64,000 nt of DNA from Octopus vulgaris (lineage: Eukaryota). The position numbers and the translations under genes are program-made. The DNA lies in the NCBI GenBank assembly GCA_951406725.2, contig OX597814.1:46996001-47060000 (forward strand), in the 5' to 3' direction. The notes below the pieces were generated by a model. The model saw only the letters and a list, made by a program, of their open reading frames with translations. It did not search any database and had not been told where the DNA came from. Shown one piece after another: positions 1 through 11,821 of this stretch; positions within the stretch are counted from its first letter, which is position 1; the number at the start of each line of letters is the position of its first letter.

Positions 1-1175
1 GATACCTTAAGCCAGACATTAAAAAAAATCTGGAAAACCAGATCTGTTGCGACCAAGGGGGTCCACAGGGTCAAAATCACTTTTGACCCTTCCCAATCGA
101 CTGCAGGCAATATTTAAGAGCCTGGGCCCACTATCCCCCAGCCCCCGTCTGATGGTATCTTCAATCTAACCCGCCTCGGTGCCTGGGGGTAATCCACATA
201 CCCAGGCTCTTATTAATTTCCTCCTGCTGTACGACAGGAGGAACAGAATTTTGTTGCGCTCCAAGGGCTGGCTCGTGAAATTGTGAGCCTTCTCCGGCGT
301 GTCAAACAGCAACCATACAGTTGCATGTTTGACACCGCGGGATATGTATTTAACAGAGGACAAATAGTCTTTCAGTTCATTTTCTATAACTGGTTTTGGG
401 AAGACGGTGAGGGTATAAAGAACTTTAGAATAAGTTCTAACCACCACCGTCCTCTCCTCCATATCTTTCAACCACTGCTTCGATGGGACAATCTCCCACA
501 CTACAATCTTGTCTGTATTTCTTTTTGCCATGTCCAAAGCAATAGTTCACAAAAAAGGAAAGAGAGAATTCAAAAGAAAACAAAAGGGAAGAAGAAATAA
601 ATAAAAAGCAAACAGTTCAATAAAAAGTCACAATAGAAGAAGAAAACAATAGTTCAAAAAAAAAAAAAAAGAAAACACAGCAAAAAAAATCTTCTGGGCA
701 TTCAGGTACTCCAATTAAAACCTGGACTGCTCCACTTGAATACAGCTTTCCAACGTAGTCGTAAAATACAAACTATTTACAAACAGCGAACGACTTTCGG
801 TGGCAGGATAGTCACCAAACTATATTTCTCACAATGAGAAAAAATGTTCACTTCATGTGAACACTTGATATACAGTTTTCCAATAATGGTAAATGTTGTT
901 GTAAAAACAAACACTTTGAAGGATACACCCACCAGACAATGAGAAAAAACATTTTCATTTACTATGGACCATGTTGTTGAACCACAAGTAGATCAACATC
1001 CTGAATTCAGTGAAGATTCTCTGTTTGTAAAACATATAAGCACAGACAACGACCCTCACTGGGTGCAAGAGAAAAGTCTTACCTTGGCAGCAACTTCTTT
1101 TGGCAGGCTAAACACAGCCGGCTATCTTCTTCAGTGCACAACACAATGACGCATGCACACTGAGATTCATGGAAA
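1..1175 (-). mobile_element. 5' part of a Tx1/L1-like non-LTR retrotransposon (5'UTR plus decayed ORF1); continues beyond the left edge of the window
   Basis: ORF 166-537(-) aligns by eye with the ORF1 at 12037-12902: RGVKHATVWLLFDTPE..SYSRRKLIRAWVCGLPPGTEAG* versus KGNGYG/TVVVQFITAE..TYFGRKTSKVGVEGIPPNIEVTW. The TAG stop falls at the conserved W. The 5' end abuts a SINE head remnant at 1176. Confidence 0.7.
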
Positions 1176-1188
1176 GTAAGTAAGCTAC

Positions 1189-2446
1189 GGATCTTTTCAT
1201 TTTGAAAGCCAGATTTTTCAGATTTTTCTAGTTAACTAAATAATTTGAAACTTCGTATACTGGTAGAATGTGTCAAAAGAAAACAATAATTTCAACTAGT
1301 TTTTTTGACAAAAATGTATTTTATAAGTTTAAACGTAGTTTAAATCTGCGAATTTTAACCAATCGTATTGTCTGTTTTCATTTGAAATTATTAGCTGCAT
1401 AGTGTTACTGTGACGTAGACAGCTATTTTGTGAGTGGGTAAGCAGTAAGCAAACAGCTGTGGTAGATATGGTTATCATGGCAGTGGTGGTGGTGGTGTAG
1501 TGGTGACAGTGGATGATGATGATGATAGTAGTAGTAGCATTGATTATGTTAGAATGTCTCATGGATGGTAGTGTTGAAGACATTGCAGAGTGTAGTGGTG
1601 GTGAAATTGGTGATTTTGAATATGATGCTGGTATTGATCTTGGGGTTGTGGTTGCAGAAGATGGTTGTGGTGGTGGCATTGGAGGTTGTAGTAATTGTTG
1701 TAGTGGTGGTTGTGAAGATAATTCTGATATTGATAGTCTTTGCATTGAGGTGGTGGCAGAGTCAGAGTAAATAATAAGAGCCCAGTTAACACAAGATTCT
1801 TAAATTTCGGAGATCATAAGATAGAGAGCAAGAAGTTAAAAGTTTCAATACTGGCCCAATTCCTACACCCCAGATTCTTCAACTATTTTATAAGAAAGAG
1901 GTTAATGGCAGGATAGGGATTCAGCTTAAAAATAAATTGTATAACAAAAAATACATAAATAAATTACTGCTCCAACGATGTAATTTTAGTATGTGTGTAT
2001 GTATGTATGTGTGTGTGTGTGTAAGCAATGCAAACAATGGAAAATAATTTAAACACTCATTTTATATATACTAAGACTTTCAAAAAGAATTTAGCTATTT
2101 AGGATCTGCACAAATTTTATATATACTCCACGAAGTTTGAAAGTGTTTAGTTACGATAAGCGGATGTTTACATTTTAGTTATTTACATGTTTACGTTAAC
2201 TACGTCACAAAATAGCTGTTTACGTCACAGTAAGAATATTTTGAGAGGCAGTAAATGATATGAAGTCGAAAGAAAGAATATCATTGGTTAAAATTCGAAT
2301 TATTAAACAACGTTAAACTTAGAAATTACGATTCCGTTTTCATTTTGGTTTACAATTATGTTTTCTTTTGACACATTCTACCAGTATACGAAGTTTCAAA
2401 TTGTTTAGTTAACTAGGAAAATCTGGCTTTCAAACTGAAAAGATCC
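1189..2446. mobile_element. Non-autonomous Mutator-like (MULE) foldback element
   Basis: Long imperfect TIRs (GGATCTTTTCA...TGAAAAGATCC, with shared AAACTTCGTATACTGGTAGAATGTGTC). Exact 9-bp TSD GTAAGCTAC at 1180-1188 and 2447-2455. Low-complexity GGT/GAT interior with no transposase. Confidence 0.85.
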
Positions 2447-2479
2447 GTAAGCTACTTACCACACAGCCACTCCTGCGAC
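2447..2479 (-). mobile_element. 5' head remnant of tRNA-derived SINE (family B), split by the MULE and truncated by the Tx1-like element
   Basis: GTAAGCTACTTACCACACAGCCACTCCTGCG matches the SINE heads at 13207-13245, about 45060 and about 56420. It is completed by 1176-1188. Confidence 0.75.
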
Positions 2480-2495
2480 TATAAAACGAAAGTGA

Positions 2496-2558
2496 TGCGT
2501 CGGCCGGGAGTTGAACCCGGATCGACAGCTTGGAAGGCAACAATGCTACCACCGACGC
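2496..2558 (-). pseudogene. tRNA-Gly(TCC) pseudogene with about 9 nt deleted from the D-arm
   Basis: Reverse complement is GCGTCGGTGG-TAGCATTGTTGCCTTCCAAGCTGTCGATCCGGGTTCAACTCCCGGCCGACGCA. Acceptor stem, TCC anticodon loop and T-arm are recognisable. Only 63 nt long with a mismatched anticodon stem. A TTTT run lies shortly downstream. Confidence 0.85.
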
Positions 2559-2654
2559 CACAATATATATATATATATATATACACAGACACAGACACAC
2601 ACACACACACACGCACACATGCGGGTATATGCGTATATAGAAGTTTTTACTCTT

Positions 2655-2920
2655 ATTGCTCTGCCTGGCGTCGGACTGTGAGGAAAGGCGTTTCCATGGC
2701 TGAGGAAAGGAGAGCACAGCTGTGGTTGGACAGGCGGGACAGGAGGAGGACAACTGCAGCAACACCCCACATGTACCCATCGATGTTCGTGTGCAGCAAC
2801 TGTACCAAGGACTGCCACTCTAGAATTGGACTGTTCAGTCACAGCAGACGCTGCTCATCATCAAAGTAGGCCCCACCCTTGGCGCAACCCATTGTCTATC
2901 GAGACAGACGGGGAAAGAGA
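2655..2920 (+). mobile_element. 3' fragment of an RTE-clade LINE
   Basis: Translation WRRTVRKGV..CSNCTKDCHSRIGLFSHSRRC is the C-terminal zinc finger typical of RTE ORFs, followed by a short 3'UTR and a GA-rich tail. Confidence 0.75.
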
Positions 2921-3343
2921 AGAGAGACTCTTATTGCTTATTTTTTACACTTTTTTTACACATTTTTCTGTATTTTGCCTTGAGTCCTGTTTTTTCTTGT
3001 GCATGTGCGTATATAGACGTGAGTATGAACCTTTTTTGTGCGTGTGTGCAAGGGTGTATGCGGGTATGTATGTACTTTTTGGCGAATGTGTGGGTGAGCA
3101 TGTGTTTCAAGTGAGGGTGGATGAGTATATACATATAGGCGCATGTACATGGGTGTGCGGGCTTGTATGTGTGTGTATGGACATGCGTGCTTACACGATT
3201 ACTATGAACATTTTTACTCCCTTACCTTTACCCCCCCCCTACTCAGCGGGCATTCTAATAGCTCTTTTGTCTTAATAACGGTCAATTACACAGTAATTCC
3301 CCTTTGTTTAACGGTCATTTTCATAACATTTTTTTCGATGGCC

Positions 3344-3406
3344 TGATAACTGAAGAGATGCCAGCGTGGGTTTCCGCCCCGACATCCGAAACTCGAAGTT
3401 TTATCA
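3344..3406 (+). ncRNA. Type I hammerhead ribozyme-like motif (probable Penelope pLTR remnant)
   Basis: Stem I TGATAA/TTATCA, core CTGAAGA, stem II GATG..CATC(C), GAAA, short stem III ACT-cga-AGT and a GUU cleavage triplet at 3398-3400. Confidence 0.7.
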
Positions 3407-4764
3407 TGGCTACCGAATAATTATCACTTATTATTTTTACAGATATATATATATATATATATAAAGATACATACATACATATGTTTTTTTATACTTAAGT
3501 ATATATATGTACACGAGTAGATGTGTGTATATCTATATATCAGTAAGGGTTTCACATGTCCGTATGTATGTGTATGCTTATATGTGTATGTTTATATATA
3601 TATATGTGTGTGTGTGTGTGAGTGTGTGTGTGTGTGTGTATGTGTTTGTGTGTATAAATTTCTTATAGGAACACGGTATTTCGTTATGCAACCATAATAT
3701 ACCATCAAGTATATCAAAGGCTTATAAGTCAATTCTGTGTCCCACTTGTGTTAGCAATGCTATTCAATCACTCTTTAAAGTGTATATCTGCATGCATTAT
3801 CTCTATGTGTATAAACACATGATGTTACCTATATACCAAGTATTTGCTTGCCATTGCACTATTCTATCAATTATCAATCTGGCTACAATCCTTTCGTAGG
3901 CAGTTTTGCAACGTTCAGAAAGATTTTGAATTCTGTCCCTTTCTGGCTGTCTTCATTTCCTTTATTCCATTTCTGAATTCGTATAATCAGTCATACGGAC
4001 AATTGTGTTAATGTAAATATTCTATCTATATTTAATGGATGTGTAGTGGATCTTGTAGGCATGAAGTGGATTCGATCCACCGCAGCAAAATTTTAATTAA
4101 CACTGCAACAGAAATTTTCCCACGGTGGAACAATGGTTTTTCTCTGACAGCAGTTTTGCATTTCCAGATGCCTTTAGCTAGGCCGAAATAATGTCTTCAC
4201 CACTTGACCCTTTCTAACCTCTTCTACTTCAACAAAAGCTAGAATAGAGATAACAAGACCACCAACTAAATCCATTGTTCTCAATGATTTATCTATCCTT
4301 CTGGATCTTTATATAAGCAAGCACACTCCAAGCAAAAATCAGTTAGTCACCTTGGTGACAAACTCGTGAGTTGAGAGAGAGCTAACATCAGTTAGTGAAC
4401 CGACCACTAGAATCATGGAGGCAGGCAGACAAAACGGCAAGAGGGAAAAAGAAAGACAACGTCCCATACTCTCTCACTGTTGCTAATTCCAATTCTGTTC
4501 TCTTACAACATCATTCTATTTCTCTCTGTAGTTACTATTTAACAATGAAGAGGACACAAATACAAACTTTACTTCGCATGCTTTTGGATGTACGAAAACC
4601 TGCTCGTCAAAGGCAAGGTATTTGTAACGTAACGGTAAATTGATATTTTCTTAAATCTTCAATATTACACCCGTTACAGATGCATGTAAATAGATATTTA
4701 TATAGTGGTTCATCATACGCCAATCTGCACATGCACGCACACACACACACACACACACACATGC

Positions 4765-5153
4765 ACACAATTATATAATTATTTATGGGAATGGCTTTTA
4801 ACCTACAAACTTTATATTTACATATTACATATTTTTTTATGGTGATCCCTTCCATATGTATAAATGCTTACCAAATAAAATTGCACTTCACCTTTGAAGC
4901 TTCAGCGAAGCGATAAGGTTATGCTCAAGCACTCAGTTATGAGAAACATAACATTATAGCAGAAACAACAGTAAGCTAATGAAGTTCATTACATAAGTTC
5001 TTTTTCTTATGTCATTTCTCTAATTTCTTTTTACGCTCTGTATTCGACTAACGCTTTTTTTCTGAAGCATATGTATACTGAGTTCTAACACCAGGTTATT
5101 AGTATCACTATTCCTAAGCGACACTCACACACACACACACACACACAGGCATA

Positions 5154-5198
<45 letters not shown>

Positions 5199-5288
5199 GT
5201 GTATGCGTATATAAATATATGTATGCATGTATATATATATATATATATATATACATACATGCATACATATATTTATATACGCATACAC

Positions 5289-5355
<67 letters not shown>

Positions 5356-5607
5356 TTAGAGAAATGACATAAGAAAAAGAAATTATGTAATGAACTTCAT
5401 TAGCTTACTGTTGTTTCTGCTATAATGTTATGTTTCTCATAACTGAGTGCTTGTGCATAACCTTATAGCTTCGCTGAAGCTTCAAAAATGAAGTGCAATT
5501 TTATTTGGTAAGCATTTATACATATGGGAGAGATCACCATAAAAAAATATGTAATATGTAAATATAAAGTTTGTAGGTTAAAAGCCATTCCCATAAATAA
5601 TTATATA

Positions 5608-5615
<8 letters not shown>
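4765..5615. repeat. About 260-bp inverted repeat (4765-5022 and 5356-5615) enclosing CA/TA microsatellites and an inner palindrome at about 5193-5293
   Basis: The arms are reverse complements with a few substitutions. The same repeat family occurs at 38941-38970, 42300-42385 and 42795-42830. Confidence 0.9.
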
Positions 5616-5688
<73 letters not shown>

Positions 5689-5847
5689 AAAGCAATTAAG
5701 ATTCAAGTGAGTTCTGTTGAACTCACATGAATGCGGTACTTAACTTAGATGCACGTGTATTTGCTGCAATATTTGCAGCCTTAATATAGGTGGTCTTTGT
5801 ACGAAACAATTGTACCGAAATATTGATCCATTTTTGTTGCTTTTTCT

Positions 5848-5929
<82 letters not shown>

Positions 5930-5938
<9 letters not shown>

Positions 5939-6193
5939 GTGTACAGTTAAACACAAGAGAAAACTACCTTTAACAGGAAATTTTTACACGCTAGAAGAAG
6001 CAGTCATAACGACCAAAACCACATTTAAAAGCAATTTTCGGAGGAAATGAAAAATAAAAACTTATACCTTGTTATTTTTTTCCGGTTATATCTAAAATAA
6101 AATAACAAAGTCGTTATGACTGCTTCTTCTAGCGTGTAAAAAATACCTGTTAAAGGTAGTTTTCTCTTGTGTTTAAATGTGTACTATTTTATA
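5930..6193. repeat. About 84-bp inverted repeat (5930-6013 and 6110-6193) adjacent to (TA)n
   Basis: AAACACAAGAGAAAACTACCTTTAACAGG..GCAGTCATAACGAC and its reverse complement. Confidence 0.9.
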
Positions 6194-6234
6194 TTGAGAA
6201 TATGTTGTCTATTGACTTTTTATACATGCTAGGC

Positions 6235-6316
6235 TACTGGTGGTGAAATTTCTAAGAATATTCGCTACCCTATATATATATAGGGTAGCGAATATTCTTA
6301 GAAATTTCACCACCAG

Positions 6317-6318
<2 letters not shown>
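6235..6318. repeat. Perfect 84-bp palindrome centred on (TA)6
   Basis: TACTGGTGGTGAAATTTCTAAGAATATTCGCTACCC-(TA)6-GGGTAGCGAATATTCTTAGAAATTTCACCACCAGTA. Confidence 0.95.
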
Positions 6319-6352
<34 letters not shown>

Positions 6353-6582
6353 GGGGGAGTTTACGAAAAAAACAAAAGACGAAGACAGGTGGTGTACAAA
6401 ACAAACAGATGTTTTAGTATAACGCTCAAAATAGAAAAAGTCTTTTACGATTCGAGCCTACGCTCTTCTACAGAAAGGGACACAGAAAAAACAAGGAGAG
6501 AAACAAAGAGAGAAAAAATGTGTGTAGTGATTAACGATCTATTATATATATATATATTAGTGCCTTGTTGTACCACTTATCT

Positions 6583-6655
<73 letters not shown>

Positions 6656-7377
6656 GATACATAGATACATACATATATATTATATATATAATACACATAC
6701 AAGAAAAAGGTTGACAGTGTCTTCGAAGTTTGTATATTCGATTTGTGAATACATAACTGTATTGAATACTACTGACGGTAGATATTGATGTAAACATGTA
6801 AACATTCTCCCGACAACATCTAGGGTTTTGTGCCTCTATAAACATTTACTATTACAACAGTTATCACTTTCGATATAATTCGAGTCTTTTATAATCTAGT
6901 GTGAGCACATACAAACTTTATGTTTAAAATATGCATTTAATGTTGTAATATCGTTTCTTACTAAACTAGAATGTTTCTTTGACGTAATGTCTAAGAATAG
7001 GTCTGATAAAAATTCTATTTTAAAAATTTAGATTATTTTCCTTACATCATCGGTACTCGACATTTTCTTTATTTTTCTTAGCTTTGCAATATCGCTTCAA
7101 TATGAGTGAATCTTAACAATTTAGATAACATATTCAGACCAGAAAAAAATATTCTTAGTTTAATCAAACATTCTGTAAATAGTTATATATCAATGTTTAG
7201 TTCACCACTTTGTACTTCGTTTCTTTGGCAGAGTTTATTCCATTACAATCATTCTTTCCAAGTATACGGTTAGGCGATAACTTGATATTTTAAAAGAATA
7301 TGGTTTATGTTGTGAAGAGGAAGAAAAATCTAATGTGTCGGACGCTTGTCTTTTTCGAGTTGAGATAGTGGAGAGAA

Positions 7378-7437
<60 letters not shown>

Positions 7438-8269
7438 GGTAAGAAATATAGAAAGAGAAATAGAGGTTTTATCACTAGACCACAAAATTGAGGTCTACTG
7501 TTATGAATGCACTGCTTCCTACAGTAGCAATACATGAATTGTGGCTTTTACACCTTCTACCAACCATCACCAGTCTCGGAGACCCTGCAAAGGTCATGGG
7601 CGCATCCTTTCTTCTTCTAACTGAATCATAAACACAAAACGGGCTGAAATATCTCCGTGCTGACATTTAGTATCTTTATCAGAAATACGAAAATATCATC
7701 AGTATTTAACATCATTCCACTCTTTAACAGCAACAACATTCCGATGGAGGTAATAGTATACAACAAAGAGCAGGTATCGAAAATTACACGTAATTGTCCT
7801 ATTTCTGATGGATTCCGTAGTAGGATTCCACCCTAAAAGCATTACATTTTAGAAACTTGACTATTCCAAAGGAAGAAGGAAAGTATCGGTGGTAATAGAA
7901 GTCAGTTGTCTGCTTTTATATAACAGATATTGCATACTTTGAAATACGATCAAACAAATAGGTTTTCGTCTTCGACTGGGAGTGGAGAAGAATTATGGAT
8001 TCATCCTACGGGTAGATGAGTTTTAGTATCTTAAATCAGATGTAAAAAAATTAAGCATGTAAATAAACAATAAACGAAATGATATGCATAACCAATTCCA
8101 AGTAAATAAAGAAATTCTAATATTTATTATTTAAGCTTTTGTTGTGTTACCAATATATAAAAGTGCAAAAGTTTTCAAAATAAAACTTTAAAATGGCGGT
8201 CTTTAGAATATGTCGTGCAATATGTGAACAACAGAGCTGTTGCAAATAATCAAAGAAATAAATATATTG

Positions 8270-8450
8270 CTTTCAAATTCTGGAACAAGGCATCAAGTTC
8301 GGGAAGGGCATAAGTCGATTATATCGACCCCATGTTCGACTGGTACTTACTTTATCGACCCCGAATGGATGAAAGGCAAAGCCGACCTCGGTGGAATTCG
8401 AACTCAGAACGTAAAGGAGGACGAAATGCCGCTAAGCATTTTGCTCGGCG
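8270..8450 (-). mobile_element. tRNA-derived SINE (family A), partial
   Basis: Core TTTATCGACCCCGAA.GGATGAAAGGCAAAG.CGACCTCGG.GGAATT.GAACTCAGAACG is shared with 33535, 46780 and 60454. Confidence 0.85.
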
Positions 8451-9143
8451 GAACAAATAAATATATTAATAAACAGAAGCAAAGGTCACTTTTTTTTCTG
8501 AAAACTTTGAAAAAAGCTTTTGCATATTTGTGAGAACTAAAAAGAGCTAAATTTAGGTTTTCATATTTATAATCGGCAACAAAGTGAAAGCTTTAGAAAT
8601 ACTGACCACCTTGTACAATGTCAGTTCTCAATGTGACATAACTAACCCATTTGCTACGCCCATTATTGAACTGACATGCCCAGCTGTCTTATTTCTTCTT
8701 TTGACACACCCATTAAGAATATTCTCTGGAAGATCGTTCAAACTCCTAGAAATAGCAGTCAAATTTCTTTCAAGTCATAATCTTAGTCTTGCGCTAAAAA
8801 ACATATACAATGATTTAATCACAAATTTTTATCTATTTATGGATAGAAATATTAAAAGAAAAGGAATCAATTTGACAAGCTACTTGGAAACGAATGCTCA
8901 ATTCATATCCATGAAGAGATCTGTAGCTTGTGGATATTTATAGTTTCTACAAACTCGATCGAACCTTAAATTGCTCGTCTAATTTGCATAACAGTGCATG
9001 AGCTGACGAAGCGGGTAGTTAATTGATAAATTAATGTGCTCCATAGAGTTGATTTCATAATTTGTAAGATCTATTTTCTTATACATACATACATATAAAC
9101 ATGCACACACATATGCGCGATCACACGCACGCACACACACACA

Positions 9144-9211
<68 letters not shown>

Positions 9212-10028
9212 CACGAGGTGCATTCAAGAAGTTTAGAGACATTTTAGGAGAAGCAATTATGATTGTCCCATATTATTGTAATTTTAGTTTATCATTACTA
9301 TACCTCTAAAAAGCTGACCTGCCAATCTTTTTTTTTTTTTTACTCCAGATTAAAGTAGACGGCCATAACAGCATTTTTAATTGATTGTCTCAGAATGCAG
9401 TATGCAGTCGAGATGTGAAAACAATTTTGAAGCTCGCTATACAGTAATATACAATCACTACAGAAACTTATGAAATGCTCCAGACAGTTTGCGAATTAAC
9501 TTGAATGAACCAAACATCAGTTTTTCGCTGGCACAAAAGGCCATGCAAAGTACATCCACCGGGAAGCTCATAATGATCCCCTTTTACGATAGTAAGGGCA
9601 TCAACAATATCCACTGGTTTCCTTCTGGCCAGTACGGTTAAAAATGAGGTTTTGAAGGAATTCAGGGAGAGATTTCGTCGCAAAAGGTAGAGCACCTGCA
9701 CCAGGACAATGCGCCTGTCGACAATTCTATCCTGGTAACCAACAATTTGATAGATGGGCATCAAACTGTCCCTCACCCTCCCTACAGTCCAGACCTTGTT
9801 TCCTGTAACTTTTGGCTATTCTCTAAGCTTAAGTACATTAAGGAGGCTGTGACAAGGGTCTTGAACACCTCCACTTTAGAGGACGTTCATATGACCTCCA
9901 CGAAATGGCTGGCGCTCTACAACACGTACACTGAAGTCAAAGAATCCTACTCTGATTAGTTTTTCACTTCTTCGAAATTAATGTTTCTCATGAAAAAAGT
10001 CTCAAAACTCTCAAAACTGCTGGAATGC

Positions 10029-10036
<8 letters not shown>
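9212..10036 (+). mobile_element. Decayed mariner element
   Basis: TIR-like ends CACGAGGTGCATTCAAGAAGTT and AACTGCTGGAATGCACCT. Translation PHPPYSPDLVSCNFWLFSKLK contains the mariner YSPDL motif, with HQDNAP upstream in another frame. Confidence 0.9.
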
Positions 10037-10084
<48 letters not shown>

Positions 10085-10126
10085 TGTCTGTGTGTCTGTG
10101 TGTGCGTGTGTGTATGTATACATGTA

Positions 10127-10896
10127 CTAGCTGACGTACCCAGTAATTCCAGGGAAAGCGGGGCTTATCCCTTGGTTCCGTTCTAATATTTGTTTCGCTA
10201 ATCCAATAACGACAATACAAAGCATGTCGCCCTTAAAACGGTTTTTGTACATTCACAGAGAATACCGAACTGTCTTATACAGGATCTTGTTTTTGATTTA
10301 TGAATACCCAAATTGTGAAGTCAGTTCTGTAATAACATGAAACTAGTTACCCGATAGTAAGAATTCAAATAAAGAAGCTCTGAAAAGGGCTTTAATGCGT
10401 TCCCAGAGTTATAGAACACAGGAGGAAATACTAATAAGGTATGTATACTAAAATCGTGAAGCATGTTACATAATAACAGGCTAATCAAATATGATATAAG
10501 AATTCAAAGTAAATAACTCTGAAAAGGTCTTTTGTGCGTTGCCAGAGAATATTACCCTCAGGTGCGCTAGCGTTGATATATTCGTGAATAAGTCACTAAC
10601 CGAAATAAGTGGATCTATTGTTTAGGAAAATACTATTAACTTGTTTATGGGTTGTACTGGATAAATTGTGAAAATGACTAACCGTTCAAATACTAAAAAA
10701 TAAGCATACTCAATTTCATTTTTACCAAATAATTTAGGAACGTGAATGTCATTTCCCTTGGCTATATATAAGGATCCCTTCCAGGGGACCTATTATCGAT
10801 TTTTTTTTTAACAATCTGAGTATGCCATGAGGTTTTCAGACATGAGTTCTATTCACGTGTCAAGTTCCATCAAAGTCAGAATTTCCCACATATGTA

Positions 10897-10928
<32 letters not shown>

Positions 10929-10930
10929 TT
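10127..10930 (-). mobile_element. Probable non-autonomous Helitron-like element
   Basis: A-CTAG terminus followed by an imperfect hairpin (CCCAGTAATTCCAGGG), as in the 17807 and 41813 copies. The 5' end is ill-defined within TA/TG repeats. Confidence 0.45.
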
Positions 10931-10949
10931 CAACAGCTTTCACTTTAAT

Positions 10950-11260
10950 GTCTAGTGGTTAGGGTATTCAGCTCATGATCATAAGGTTGTGTGTTCAATT
11001 CCCAGCGATGCGTTGAGTCCTTGAGCAAGACACTTTATTTCACGTTGCATCCACTCAGCTGGCAAAAATGAGCAGTATCTGTACTTCAATGGGTCAGCCT
11101 TCTCCCACTCTGTGTTACGCTGAATCTCCCTGAGAACTGCGTTAAGGGTACACGTGTCTGTGGAGTACTCAGTCTCTTGCGCGTTAATTTCACGAGTAGG
11201 CTGTTCCATTGATCTGATCAACTGGGACCCACGTCATCGTAACCGACAGAGGGCCAGTTT
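10950..11260 (+). mobile_element. tRNA-derived SINE (CORE-like body)
   Basis: A-box-like TAGTGGTTAGG and B-box GTTCAATTCC, then GTCCTTGAGCAAGACACTT. Confidence 0.75.
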
Positions 11261-11372
11261 AATGTTTGAGTGTGAGTGTGTGTGTGTGTGTGTGTATATG
11301 TACGTGTATTGATATGGATGTATATGTATATATGTATATATATGTATGTGTGTATCTCTCTCTCTATGTGTG

Positions 11373-11420
<48 letters not shown>

Positions 11421-11454
11421 CCCTAGATAGCAGTGATTACAAGATTTGTGGTTT

Positions 11455-11821
11455 TATATTCTTTTATTCTTTTACTTGTTTCAGTCATTTGACTACGGCC
11501 ATATTGGAGCACCACCTTTAGTCGAACAAATCGACCCCCGGATTTATCTTTTGTAAGCCTAGTACTTATTCTATCAGTCTCTTTTGCTGAACCGCTAAGT
11601 TACGGGGACATAAACACATCGGTTGTCAAGCGATGTTGGGTGGACAAACACAGACACAAATAACAGGCACACACATACATATACATATATATACGACGGG
11701 CTTCCTTCAGTTTCCGTCTACCAAATCAACTCACAAGGCTTTGGTCGGCTCGAGACTATAGTAGAAGGTGCCGCGCAGTGTGGCTGAACCTGGAACAATG
11801 TGATTGGGAAGCAAGCTTCTT
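11455..11821 (-). mobile_element. SINE family B body and tail; its head continues at 13207-13245
   Basis: CAGTTTCCGTCTACCAAATC..CACAAGGCTTTGGTCGG..GGGAAGCAAGCTTCTT is homologous to 45060-45500. Confidence 0.85.

Noticed and set aside
1329-1792. Pro/His/Gly-rich overlapping ORFs
   Set aside because: Trinucleotide low-complexity filler inside a MULE, with no domain or splice evidence.
2496-2558. Functional tRNA-Gly
   Set aside because: The D-arm and A-box are deleted and the anticodon stem is mismatched.
7305-7800. Possible exon or promoter in non-repetitive-looking sequence
   Set aside because: No recognisable protein motif or convincing splice-site pair.
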